Part shown: piece after piece, positions 52,311 to 64,000 of the stretch
How positions within the stretch are numbered: the stretch's first letter is position 1
How the letters are laid out: each line of letters starts with the position of its first letter
DNA from: Eledone cirrhosa
Taxonomy: Eukaryota
DNA length: 64,000 nucleotides
NCBI GenBank assembly: GCA_964016885.1
Contig: OZ024742.1
Location: 290,346,001-290,410,000, forward strand
Direction: 5' to 3'
Notes under the pieces: model-generated
What the model was told of the DNA's origin: nothing
Seen by the model: only the letters and a program-made list of their open reading frames with translations
Database searches by the model: none
Translations under genes and position numbers: made by a program

Positions 52311-52912
52311 CATATACATTAATATTTGATGAACATTTACATGTTATAGTTGCAATTGACTAATAAGATCGCTAGAGTGAAAAATCTTAATTCAACAACA
52401 TAAAGTCTGCCTGTATGATCTAGAAAATAATATATCAATACTCACAGACACATATGGGCAAAAAGCCTTGGTACCTAGACACGTTTAAAATTCAAAATAC
52501 AAACTTTTTCCGCAGATCGGTCAGAACTTCAAACTTCAAACATGTTTCACAAAGGATGGTATAATAGTAAAATAATTAACTAATTAGCAGTGAGTTAATC
52601 AACTTTTTCTGTGTTTATCAATAGGCACCCAGATAAAAATAAAATAACTCAACCTCAGAAAAATATCTACGGTCTGGTTAGCGTAGCGAAAATACACGAG
52701 GTTTTGCACACAGCTTATTCCAGTCCTCTAACGTCCCACACATAGTGCTAGAAATAACAGCCGTTTGTATGGGATTACAAAATTCAGCTCACCTTGGGGA
52801 GCAGTGATAAATAGCTTAGAGTTTAGACTCAGCGAGGTCATTTACAATCATTTCAGCTTCAGGAATCGCTTCCAAGCAGTATAAATTAATATTTGATGAA
52901 CATTTACATGTT

Positions 52913-54316
52913 CAAGCCACGTGGTATGGTCCATTGTTTATTTGTGCGGTCATGTGCGTTTGTTTTTGACACCACAGCAGATGCACAAGTTTGTAAATTC
53001 CAATGCAGATAGAACTCTATTTTTGCTCACCCGGACATTGACGGAGGATCCAATATTCCTAGTTCAATATGTGTTTGGTGTTATTTTGGTCGCACAAATC
53101 AATCACTTGGTTCAATATTATGGAGTATGGTTTTCTGGTCTTCGTAACACCACCCACCCCACACGCAACTAACATCACTAACACCCCCCACGCACACGTA
53201 CCCACACACCCTCGTACACCACCAACTCTACACACCCTACCACCACTAACCCCCACTCACACCTGCATTCAACCCTTTCTCCACCTCCCGTATACTAACA
53301 CCCACTAACACCCCCTTCATCAAACTACACACACACCAGTACACCACACTCCCTCCATCGACCCCCACACCCTTCTCTCCCTGCTCCACCCACACCCTTT
53401 CTCCACACTCACTCATCCCACTAACACCTCTACTAATACACACACACACCCTCCTCACTCCAACTTTCACACCTACCCATCCTCGCCCCTTTACCATTCC
53501 ACCCGACTGCTGCTATGCCCTCTGACCACCTCCCAGCACACACAGACACACAGCACTCCTACCGCCTTGACCACTTCCTGTTGCGCGCGCATCTCTCCTC
53601 TTCCGACCATCTCTTCATGGAATACTCGTATGTGGAGCTTGACCGCGGAATCAACTACCATCCTAGGAGTTTACCAACCTTTCAACCACATCTTCTTATG
53701 GAATCACCTTTATAACTCCCCCCCCCCCCAAAAAAAAATGTTTTCCTACACGCTACCTACACCCACACACACGTGCTTTCCACCACATATTTACACCTTC
53801 AGCCTCCGGATTCCTCTCCCCCCACCCCTCTATCCACACACGCACACACACTCCCACCTACACCCCACCCCACATACACCTCTTCCTGAACATGCAACCC
53901 CATTCTTCCCCCAACCCTTGCTTTCACATACACACACACGTACACCTACACACACACACCACCTTCAGCCCTCCCCGCTCAGACACCCCATCTCCTCCCC
54001 ACTTCACCTTCCACCACCCCTACACACCCCACACCCTTTCACCACCTGTTTTACCCCATTTTAATTTAATTTTATTTTGATCATGCTTTTATTTTTAATT
54101 TCATTCGCACCGTTTCCTCCCACCCCCTTTTCGCTATATGTCTCTCCACCACTCCCCTACACACCCTTTGAACTCTCTTCCCACACACTTTTCACCTGAA
54201 GAAGGGCTTATGCCCGAAACGTTGTTCCCCACCACCACCCCACCCTCCAGAGCGTGAAATTAATAAACATTTGTTGTACTGCCTCTCTGTTTTGTTCCTG
54301 TTCAAATTTTCCATTA
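52913..54316 (+). mobile_element. Candidate non-coding PLE/retrozyme-like element with a C/A-rich body and a 3' hammerhead motif
   Basis: Strongly C/A-skewed tracts at 53130-53500 and 53720-54060, hammerhead core at 54196, AATAAA at about 54262, ends in (TA)n. The left boundary is uncertain. Confidence 0.5.
54193..54226 (+). ncRNA. Minimal hammerhead motif
   Basis: CUGAAGA-A-GGGC(UUAU)GCCC-GAAACGUU with palindromic AACGUU helix III. Helix I is only about 2 bp, so the copy may be degenerate. Confidence 0.6.
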
Positions 54317-55035
54317 TATATATATATATACATATACATATACATGTATGTATGTCTTTCGGTATAAGCTATTCTATACATACATATACATACAAATACA
54401 CACACATACACATACATACGCACACACAACAAACACATACACACATATATATATATATACATATATATATACATATACATACATATATATATACACATAC
54501 ATATATATATATATATATATACATGCATACACAGACATATATACACATACACACATACAAATACATACACATATACACATACACGCACTCGTTCACACAC
54601 ATATATATGTATATATATATATATTGGGAAAAAGAAGTGGGACAAATTATAAACTGAGCCTGGTAAAAGATTAAAATATTTATTATCACCACTAAATTAT
54701 TAATATTATCAAGTAAATAATTATTATTTACCATTCATTATTTATTACCCATCTTTTATCCATTCATTATCTAATCATTCACCTATTAAATAATAAATAT
54801 ATGAATTAACTAACAAACAAACAAACAAACAGATAAACAAATAAACAAAATAAATGAATGAATAAATAAATAAATAAATAAATGAATGAATAAATAAATA
54901 AATAAATATATATATAATATAAATAACTAAATAAATAAATAAATAAATAAATAAATCTCGAACGTTCATAACTGCACGGATGCAAACATGAGCAGATATA
55001 TAGGTGAATGTGTGTGTGCGGCCACGGAACCTTAC

Positions 55036-56661
55036 TCAGAGGCATACAACACAATATATAAGACCTGGAGGGGAGGAAAGAAAGTAATAATGAGAAATGG
55101 AGGGACGGAAGTGGGATGGGGGACTGGGGTGGGGTGGTGATATGGAGGGGGGGTCAATCGGGGGCCGGGTGGGTCTGTAGTTTTTGTAGTTTGCATAGTT
55201 CTTGTGCATGCAATTAGGGGAGTGTTCCGAGATCTTGTTGAGGAGAGGGCCTTTGGCGAATAGAATCTCATAGCTCTCGGAGATACAGAGGTCACAGCAA
55301 TTATGGCCTCCCGTGTAAGATCGCGCTCTCTGGAGTAGTCTCCATTTGATCTTAAAGGGGATGGAGTTCCTTTTAATGTGCCAGATGTGGGCGGCGAGTG
55401 TTGTTTGGTTAGATTTGTCTGGGCGCCGGAACGAATGTGTGTGGGCGTACCAGCGAGTCTTAAAACTGTTAGAAGTCATCCCGATGTACGAGTTTCTTTT
55501 TTCATCGGGGCCTGAGAGTACATCGCATATATAGACAAGATCTTTTTTTAGACAGTTGTTGTTGAGGGGGCATGTAGTCTTATCAGGGCAATTGCAATTG
55601 CCATCGGTTGCTGGATGGGCTTCGGAAAAAGTAGACTTATTTAGCTTATTGACGTTATTGTTGGCTAAGTTCCTAGCTAGATTAGGTGTGGTAGAGTAGG
55701 AGAGTCTGATGGTGTTCTTATTAAGGATAGTATAGTACCTATGTTGGGTGGGGAAGTGTTTTTGTAAGAGAGTGAAGAAAATTTTAGCTACAGGTGTAGA
55801 GACTTCGCGGTTGAAGGGGGGGTTGTACCGGATAATGTGCCTTCGCCTATTCTTCCTGGGTGGGCGTGGGGCTATACTAAGGTAGGTAATCTTATCTCTA
55901 AAGCCGCTGCGGGCCAGGGCCTCGTTGTAATAGGGGGCTGCTGCTCTAAAAATATCTTCATTGGCGGCGAGGCTAGATATCCTAATGGAGACACTTTTCA
56001 CTAGGTTGTCTAATATATTTTTGGAGTGGTTAGAATTAACGTCTATATATCTAAGGGATTCATTAGGTTTGTGGTACGGGTAGTAAAGGGAAGTTTCTAA
56101 GTCAAGGGTAACGTCTAGGAAGTTAGCTTTAGATAAGTTCGAATCTAAGGTAATCTTAAGGCCTAAGTTATTAAAGAAGGTGTAAAGCTTTTTCCTGAAC
56201 CCATCCGTGGTCCTGGGGTTGATTTTGTGGAGGGCAAAGAGGCCGTCATCTCGGTAGAGACCGCCGGAGAGGCCTGTGAAGAGGGTCTTCAACCTGTGGA
56301 GGATGAACAGACCCACAAGGTCACTTATTTCATTTGAGTCGCTAGCACCCATACTAATGTCGAAGGGGGTCTCAGATTTTTTGTTGATCCAGTGGGATCT
56401 GTCATGGTAAAGAAAAGTCTTACGTGCATGGAGGATCACATCCTGCTCAGCTTCGGTGATGGTGGTAAAGTTCCTGGTGAAGTTAATCGCGTCAATCAGC
56501 AGGCTCGCTGATATGGAGGCGTAGTAGTACTCGATGTCTAGCTGCAGGAAACGGGTGTTGCTTTTGTCGGGCAACTCCCGGAACCATGTGATTGCCTCGG
56601 ATGTCCTATTCCAGAGTGGGAGGGGTGAGGCAGCACGTAGTCTAGGTAGAATCCTGTCCAA
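55036..56661 (-). CDS. Penelope-like element 2 ORF (RT + GIY-YIG), 5'-truncated; a different clade from element 1
   Basis: 541-aa frame with LDIEYYYASI, MGASDS, GLYRDDGL, FLDVTL, YHKPN, YNPPF, CNC..CPL..C, LVYICDV...YIGMT...RWYAH and a C-terminal CDLC. Confidence 0.9.
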   Translation of the reverse strand: MDRILPRLRAASPLPLWNRTSEAITWFRELPDKSNTRFLQLDIEYYYASISASLLIDAINFTRNFTTITEAEQDVILHARKTFLYHDRSHWINKKSETPFDISMGASDSNEISDLVGLFILHRLKTLFTGLSGGLYRDDGLFALHKINPRTTDGFRKKLYTFFNNLGLKITLDSNLSKANFLDVTLDLETSLYYPYHKPNESLRYIDVNSNHSKNILDNLVKSVSIRISSLAANEDIFRAAAPYYNEALARSGFRDKITYLSIAPRPPRKNRRRHIIRYNPPFNREVSTPVAKIFFTLLQKHFPTQHRYYTILNKNTIRLSYSTTPNLARNLANNNVNKLNKSTFSEAHPATDGNCNCPDKTTCPLNNNCLKKDLVYICDVLSGPDEKRNSYIGMTSNSFKTRWYAHTHSFRRPDKSNQTTLAAHIWHIKRNSIPFKIKWRLLQRARSYTGGHNCCDLCISESYEILFAKGPLLNKISEHSPNCMHKNYANYKNYRPTRPPIDPPSISPPHPSPPSHFRPSISHYYFLSSPPGLIYCVVCL

Positions 56662-56832
56662 TTATTTATTTATTTATTTATTTATTTACTTTTTCTTCTT
56701 TTTATTTTACAAAAAGCACTCCGGCTAATTGACCACTCCCCAAAGAAAAAACCGTCTGTGCCATATTATGGTCCTGCGTATCTAAATACCAACCTACCCC
56801 TATATATACATATGTATATATATACATATGTA

Positions 56833-58365
56833 TCATCATCATCATCATCATCAACGTTTAATGTCCGTGTTCCACGCTTGCATGGGTTTGGACGGGGGTA
56901 GTCCCACTTGAGGCAAGAGTGATTGTCTTGCTCGCATAGGACTGTCTGGCAGGTTTTCTACAGTTGGATGGTCTTCCTAACACCAACCACATTTACAGTG
57001 TGGGTCTGGGAGGTTTTTACCGTGTTGCCTACACGGCCACATTACAGCGTGGACTGTGTGTTTTTTTGTCGTGACACCTACACGATCTCATTTGTTTCGG
57101 CCTGGATGGCGCGGCACCAACATAACTTTACATAGAACGGGGTGGTGTGGATGGGGTGCGGGTGGTGGGACGGGGTGTATTTTGTTAGAGATGCCTACTG
57201 GCTGTAGTAGGTTTTACTATGTATTTAGGTAAGGCGGGTCTTCTCTGTTACTGAGTACCGCCAAAGGTCTCGGTCCAGTGACATTGTCTTGGAGAGGTGT
57301 AAGTGTGTGAGGTCGGAGTTTATCAGCTCGTCCCAGGTTTTTCTAGGTCTGCCTATTCCGTGGCTACCGTCTATCTTTATTGCCCTGCACTTTGTTATAC
57401 AGCTATCGACTTTCATGCGCATCACGTGTCCATACCAACGTAGCCTTCTCTCGAGTAAACAACATCTGATCCCTCTTACTTCTAATTTTTTCTTAGTTCG
57501 TTTATGCTTTGCCGTTCACGCATATTACTGTTACACATCCAGCGGAGCATGCAAGCTTCGTTCCTCTCTAGTCTGCGTATATCCTCTGCACACAATGCCC
57601 AGGTCTCACTGCCATGCAACATTGCTGTTCGTATGCAGGCATCATACAACCTGCCTTTCATTTTTAGGGAGAACCCTTTAGCAGCTAATAGTGGTATAAG
57701 CTCTCTGAACTTTTTCCAACCAGTTCTGACTCTAGCTACAGTACTTTCAGAGCACCCTCCCCCACTGCTGATTTTATCGCCCAGGTAACGGAAGCTGTCC
57801 ACTATTTCTATAGAACCCTCTGCGCAATTGAAAGAGCTAGTATTTTGTGGGCACTTGCTGCTACTTATTGCACCAGAACACTGGCCACATGTAAAATCTA
57901 TGTTCTTAGTTAGCTTACCTGTGATCCCACTACATCTTTTATGCACCCATACTTTGCATTTGGGACATAAAATGGAGTTTCTACCTACGCCTTTCCTACA
58001 CACTGAGCACGACCATTTCCCAGAAGGGACCGCCGCCTTATTTTCTTTCCTACAAACTAGAACTTTAGTCTTAGCCAGGTTAATTTTAAGTCCTTTTGAT
58101 TCTAGGCCGTGCTTCCATGTTTGGAACTTCTTCTCTAGCTCGGCCATTGATTCAGCTATGAGTGTCAGGTCGTCTGCGTATAGGAGTTCCCATGGGCAGC
58201 CTGTCTTGAACTCCTCTGTTATAGCCTGAAGAGCAATAATAAATAGTAGGGGGCTGAGAACAGAGCCCTGATGGACGCCAACTTTTACGCTAAAGTCTTC
58301 ACTATATTCGTTGTTAATTCTAACCTTGCTGACTGTTTCATTATACATGGCTTGTATAGCTCTCA
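56833..58365 (-). mobile_element. RTE LINE family A, 5'-truncated
   Basis: RT C-terminal half and 3' UTR. Shares diagnostic residues (KVDSC, GQCS, HGIG) with the 50469-52175 copy. Confidence 0.95.
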
Positions 58366-58396
58366 GTATATATATACATATGTATATATACATATG

Positions 58397-58445
<49 letters not shown>

Positions 58446-58452
58446 GTATATA

Positions 58453-58497
<45 letters not shown>

Positions 58498-58666
58498 GTA
58501 TATATATATGTATATATATATGTATATATATATGTATATATATATGTATATATATACATATATATATATGTATATATATATGTATATATATACATATATA
58601 TATGTATATATATACATATATATATGTATATATATATGTATATATATACATATGTATATATATACA

Positions 58667-58913
58667 TTAGGAAGGGCATCCAGCTGTAGAAAATACGCCA
58701 GACAGTCCACGCTGTAATGTGGCCGTGTAGGCAACACGGTAAAAACCTCCCAGCCCCACACTGTAAATGTGGTTGGTGTTAGGAAGGGCATCCAGCTGTA
58801 GAAAACCCGCCAGACAGTACTATGCAAGCAAGACAACCACTCTTGCCTCAAGTGGGAAAACTCCCTTCCAAACCCATGCAAGCGTGGAACATGGACGTTA
58901 AACGATGATGATG

Positions 58914-58918
<5 letters not shown>
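58667..58918 (+). mobile_element. RTE family A 3' UTR-only fragment carrying the 3' UTR duplication
   Basis: Two TAGGAAGGGCATCCAGCTGTAGAAAA blocks and a (GAT)n tail. Confidence 0.85.
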
Positions 58919-58949
<31 letters not shown>

Positions 58950-58961
58950 TATATATATATA

Positions 58962-58962
<1 letters not shown>

Positions 58963-58994
<32 letters not shown>

Positions 58995-59320
58995 TTTACG
59001 TCCGCTTTTCCCTGCTTGCAAGGGTGGGACAGGAACTGATTCTGGCTTGATTTCTACAGCCCTTCCTAACACCTTCCTAACACCAACCTCATTTACAGTG
59101 AGTGCTGGGTGCTTTTTTGCCGTGGCGCCTCCACGACCACTTTGCAGTGGAATGATAGGGAACGCAGTCCCTATCATCTCATTTCTACAGCTGAGTAAAC
59201 TGGAGCAATGTGAAATAAAGTGTCTTGCTCAAGGAAACAACACATCACCCAGTCTGAGAATTGAACTCACAACCTTTCGATTGCAAGGCCAATGCTCTAA
59301 CCACTAAGCCATGTGCCTCC
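58963..59320 (-). mobile_element. tRNA-headed SINE joined to an RTE 3' tail
   Basis: A box TGGCTTAGTGG and B box GAGTTCAATTC in 59178-59320, a 10-bp hairpin at 59152-59177, then RTE 3' UTR sequence and (GAT)n. Confidence 0.7.
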
Positions 59321-59342
59321 ATAAAAATAAACTTAAGGTCTC

Positions 59343-59389
<47 letters not shown>

Positions 59390-59416
59390 TATATACATAT
59401 ATATATACATATATAC

Positions 59417-59937
59417 ATCAAGCCAAATCAGTTCCTGTATGAGCAACGCATGGTCAGCCGACCAGACACTGCCCACAACAGGACAACCCGTCTAACCCAT
59501 GCTAGCGTGGAAGAACGGACGTAAAACGGTTATGATGATGATGATGATGATGATATACATACATATATATATATACATATATATACATATATACCTCTCA
59601 AAGACAATGACACACGACTGTGACTTCTGGCGTCCTGCAGTAATACAGTGTACCCGACCTCCCATGGGTACAAGCTGAAGCATATAGACAATATGCCCCC
59701 ACACCCCCCACCGCAAGGTGATCGTGGAGGTGCCATGGCAAAAAAGCACCCAGCCCTCACTGTAAATGAGGTTGGTATTAGGAAGGGCATCCAGCTGTAG
59801 AAATCAAGCCAGATCAGTTCCTGTATGAGCAAGGCATGGTCAGCCGACCAGACACTGCCCACAACAGGACAACCCGTCTAACCCATTCTGGCGTGGAAGA
59901 ACGGACGTAAAACGGTGATGATGATGATGATGATGAT
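59417..59937 (+). mobile_element. Two tandem RTE family B 3'-end fragments (59417-59554 and 59593-59937)
   Basis: Both match the 3' UTR at about 61950-62343. Each ends in (GAT)n and is flanked by (TA)n. Confidence 0.88.
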
Positions 59938-59977
59938 ATATATATATATATATATATGTGTGTATATATATATATAT

Positions 59978-62343
59978 GGGAACAATAAGGTAGATGAAGC
60001 AGTCAAGGCCAAGAGACAGGCATGGAAAGAATGGAAGAACGGGGGGAGCAGGGTACATTACATAGAGACCAAGAGGGAAGCTAGGCGACAAGTATACTTA
60101 GCTAGGAGGGAAGCAGAGGATAGAAAATTCAAGCATGTTTTACAACGTGAGGACCAGAAGCAGGAGGTATTCAAGATTGCGAGGCAGTGTGTCAGAGATA
60201 GTTGTGATGTCATTGGAGAGAAGTGTATCCGGAATGATAAAGGTGAGCTTGCCCTCACAAGTGCTGAGAAGAAAGATGCATGGAAGAGTCATTATGATAG
60301 ATTACTAAATGAGGAGAATGCATGGGAAGAAGAGACCCTACCCCACGTAGACCCTATAGAGGGACCAGCAGTACAAGTCAGCGGCAGCGTAGTAAGTAAG
60401 GCAATCAGAGATATGAAGATAGGGAAGGCAACCGGTCCATCGGGTATAGCTGCCGAGATGCTGAAGGCATCTGGGTCTGTAGGTCACACTATAACCACAC
60501 GTATCGTTAACCAGGTAATACTAGAGGGGGCCATCCCAAAAGATTGGTGCAGTAGCATCATTGTCAACTGCTACAAAGGTAAAGGCGATGCACTAGATAG
60601 AGGAAACTATAGAGGTATAAAGTTGATGGACCAGGTCATGAAAGTAACAGAAAGAGTTATCGCACAGCTGATTAGGGACCGGGTGAATATAGACGAGATG
60701 CAATTTGGGTTTGTACCAGGGAAAGACACCACTGATGCCCTCTTCCTTGTGAGGCAATTACAGGAAAAGTACCTAGCTAAAAGTAAGCCACTCTACTTGG
60801 CATTTGTCGACCTTGAGAAAGCCTTTGACAGAGTTCCACGTGCAGTAATCTGGTGGGCTCTTAGAAAACTAGGAGTAGATGAATGGCTTGTGAAAGCGGT
60901 ACAAGCCATGTATAGGGGAGCAGTCAGCAAAGTTAGGATTGGCAATGAGTATAGCGAGGAATTTAGCGTACAGGTTGGGGTCCACCAGGGCTCTGTTCTT
61001 AGCCCTCTCCTGTTCATCATAGTCCTGCAGGCAATAACGGAGGAGTTTAAGACCGGATGCCCATGGGAACTCCTGTATGCTGATGACCTCGCACTCATAG
61101 CTGAATCTATGGTAGAACTAGAGAATAAATTCCAAACCTGGAAGCAGGGACTAGAGAGAAAGGGCCTCAAAGTCAACATGACAAAGACTAAGGTCCTTAT
61201 AAGTAGATGAGAAAACAGAACCCAGATCCCCTCAGGGAAATGGCCTTGCTCAGTATGTAGGAAAGGTGTAGGTAGGAACTCCATTCTCTGCCCCAAATGC
61301 AAACAATGGGTACACAAGAGATGTAGCGGGATCTCAGGAAGCTTAATTAAGAATGTAGGATTCACATGCAGCAGCTGTGCTGAAACAGCAAGCAAACAGC
61401 CACAGGAAACAAGTACCACCAATCTCTGGGAGGGCCCTGTAGAAACAGTAGACAGCTTCTGCTACCTAGGTGACCGAATTAGCAACGGAGGTGGGTGCTC
61501 AGAAAGTACAATAACTAGGGTAAGAACGGGATGGAAGAAGTTTAGGGAACTACTACCACTGCTAGCTGCAAAAGGCTTCTCCCTCAGAATGAAAGGCAGA
61601 CTGTATGATGCGTGTATCCGAACAGCGATGTTGCATGGTAGTGAGACCTGGGCGCTGAAGGTGGAAGACTTACGTAGATTAGAGAGAAACGAAGCCTGCA
61701 TGCTCCGATGGATGTGTAACAGTAATATACGTGAACGACAAAGCATAAAGGAATTGAGAGAGAGACTGAGCATAAGAGGAATCAAATGCTGCGTGCAGGA
61801 GAGGCGGTTACGCTGGTATGGACATGTGATGCGTATGAAGGATGACAGCTGCATAAAAAGGTGCAGAGCACTAGAAGTTGATGGAAACCGCGGAGTGGGG
61901 AGACCCAAGATGACTTGGGATGAGGTGATAAAAGCCGACCTTACCCAACTACACCTCTCAAAGTCAATGACACACGACCGTGACTTCTGGCGTCACGCAG
62001 TAATACAGGGTACCCGACCTCCCATGGGGACATGCTGAAGCATATAAACAATATGCCCCCACTCCCACCACCGCAAGGTGGTCGTGGAGGCGCCACAGCA
62101 AAAAAGCACCCAGCCCACACTGTAAAGTGGACGTGTAGGCGCCACGAAAAAGCACCCAGCACTCACTGTAAATGAGGTTGGTGTTAGGAAGGGCATCCAG
62201 CTGTAGAAATCAAGCCAGATCAGTTCCTGTATGAGCAAGGCATGGTCAGCCGACCAGACACTGCCCACAACAGGACAACCCGTCTAACCCATGCTAGCGT
62301 GGAAGAACGGACGTAAAACGGTGATGATGATGATGATGATGAT
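59978..62343 (+). mobile_element. RTE LINE family B, 5'-truncated, young
   Basis: Long RT frame with QFGF, QGSVLSP and YADD, interrupted by a TGA at 61208-61210. PHD-like finger, 3' UTR and (GAT)n. Confidence 0.95.
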
Positions 62344-62348
62344 ATATG

Positions 62349-62394
<46 letters not shown>

Positions 62395-62409
62395 TATATA
62401 CATATATAT

Positions 62410-62460
<51 letters not shown>

Positions 62461-62464
62461 TACA

Positions 62465-63072
62465 TGGTGGCTGCCAACTCGTTTTCGAGTACGGCCACTA
62501 CTTTATATCCATGTAGGAGAACCCCTACCGATGCGCTAAACAAGTGTGACTTTTTAGTCCAGCCAGTGACTTGAAAACTCTGGTACAAACACTACACTTG
62601 TGACAATTATTGACACATAGTGCTGGGCCCATGGTACCATGTGACGACAAGTGCAGAGAGATCTCCAGATATAAAGCAATGCCTGTGCCGTGAAGCTTTT
62701 ATAGTGAGTAAAGGCACTGCACAAAGCCAGTCCCACTCTCTTAACCAAGATGATATTTACCAAAAAGAAGAACAAGTCAACATCATTGGATACCATCAGA
62801 GTTGCAGGTGTTATATCAGAGTTTTCCTTCTCCTAGAATTCTGCCTTGACAAAGGCTAAGGGGTCATCTCTCCCGGTGATTTTGGATGGCCATTGACTCT
62901 TAAGAGCTCCTTTGCCCTTTGACAGGTTTTGTTTTTAGTCCCGCAGGATGTCCAAAGTCACCCTCCTCACCAAGAAACCTTGGTGGGGTTGCCAGTTTAG
63001 TCGCCAACGACCCGACCATGAGACAGGTTGTACTGGGATACATGTTACCAGTAGCACCAACTGGTGACCTGA
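62465..63072 (-). mobile_element. Possible LINE 5' UTR fragment
   Basis: GC-richer island between two (TA)n tracts. GGTCGTTGGCGACTAAACTGGCAACCCCACC resembles RTE-type 5' UTRs from memory only; no coding motif. Confidence 0.35.
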
Positions 63073-63205
63073 CATATATACATATATATATATACATATA
63101 TATATATACATATATATATATACATATATATATATACATATATATATATACATATATATAAATACATATATATATATACATATATATATATACATATATA
63201 TATAC

Positions 63206-63240
<35 letters not shown>

Positions 63241-63247
63241 CATATAA

Positions 63248-63308
<61 letters not shown>

Positions 63309-63365
63309 TACATATATATATATACAATATTAAATAAATGGAAACTATATTTATAAAATCATATT

Positions 63366-63431
63366 TATTTCATTATATATATTTCAGGGATATCATATTA
63401 ACAATATGCTATGCCTTCCTCAGACAAAATA
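63366..63431 (-). ncRNA. Identical hammerhead copy in the left arm
   Basis: Exact reverse complement of 63901-63966. Confidence 0.75.
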
Positions 63432-63638
63432 CAATATAAACAGTTTTATAGATAAATAGATTTGACATACCGTAACAACATCGACTTGTATTTGAAAAGT
63501 TGAATTGGCAGTGAAAAAATTGTACACAGAGAGAAAGAAAGAGAGAAAAAAGGAAAGAAAGACAGAAAACGGAGAAACGTTTACTCAACGGACGTCCCAC
63601 TACCTAGTTTTCTATATATATATATCTATCTCTATTTC

Positions 63639-63672
<34 letters not shown>

Positions 63673-63900
63673 CTGTTTCTTTGCATGAAGTTCTTCTCTT
63701 TATCTATCTTTCCATCTCTCTATTTTGTTCCATGCATTTCTTTTTTTTCTTCTTTTTCTCCGTTTTCTGTCTTTCTTTCCTTTTTTCTCTCTTTCTTTCT
63801 CTCTGTGTACAATTTTTTCACTGACAATTCAACTTTTCAAATACAAGTCGATGTTGTTACGGTATGTCAAATCTATTTATCTATAAAACTGTTTATATTG

Positions 63901-63966
63901 TATTTTGTCTGAGGAAGGCATAGCATATTGTTAATATGATATCCCTGAAATATATATAATGAAATA
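63901..63966 (+). ncRNA. Type I hammerhead ribozyme with extended helix II
   Basis: UAUUUUGU-CUGAGGA-AGG[CAUAG-CAUAUU(GUU)AAUAUG-AUAUC]CCU-GAAA-UAUAUA-UA|AUGAAAUA: 8-bp helix I with two G-U pairs and palindromic helix III. Confidence 0.75.
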
Positions 63967-64000
63967 AATATGGTTTTATAAATATAGTTTCCATTTATTT

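Larger units (their letters stand above)
63332..64000. repeat. Inverted repeat with arms 63332-63577 and 63755-64000 (246 bp, about 2 mismatches; runs to the window edge)
   Basis: Direct reverse-complement match with a 177-bp spacer. Each arm holds a hammerhead motif. Confidence 0.95.

Noticed and set aside
55010-55045. Hammerhead at the 3' end of PLE 2 (minus CUGAGUA-A-GGUU..GGCC-GCAC)
   Set aside because: Both core boxes deviate from CUGANGA and GAAA; at best a decayed or variant motif that needs a family consensus.
59178-59320. tRNA gene
   Set aside because: A and B boxes are present, but it lacks a clean cloverleaf and continues into a SINE core.

Overview
AT-rich, intron-containing animal genomic DNA. 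The (TA)n/(GAT)n microsatellites, SINE types and RTE LINEs look like a coleoid cephalopod such as Octopus; this is inferred from repeat style only. Host-gene content is small. It comprises the last two coding exons of a PARP10/14/15-type mono-ADP-ribosyltransferase (1-164 and 6809-7071, H-Y-I triad) and, on the same strand, the apparent 5' exons of a second PARP14/NMI-like gene (ATG exon 24657-24686, RRM/NID-like exon 28506-28739), preceded by a cluster of IRF/ISRE-like motifs near 17.25-17.3 kb. The rest is a nest of mobile DNA: a decayed autonomous Helitron and non-autonomous Helitrons, a CsRn1-like Gypsy element with LTRs and a 4-bp TSD, a solo LTR, an R4-like RLE LINE, a hAT relic, two Penelope-like elements (PLEs), about a dozen RTE LINE copies (one near full length), SINEs and a 27-bp minisatellite. 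The most notable unannotated layer is RNA structure: six type-I hammerhead ribozyme motifs in four sequence families, four of them in the arms of two non-coding foldback elements, plus a 1.7-kb head-to-head LINE palindrome and other inverted repeats. All structures were read by eye and no database search was run.
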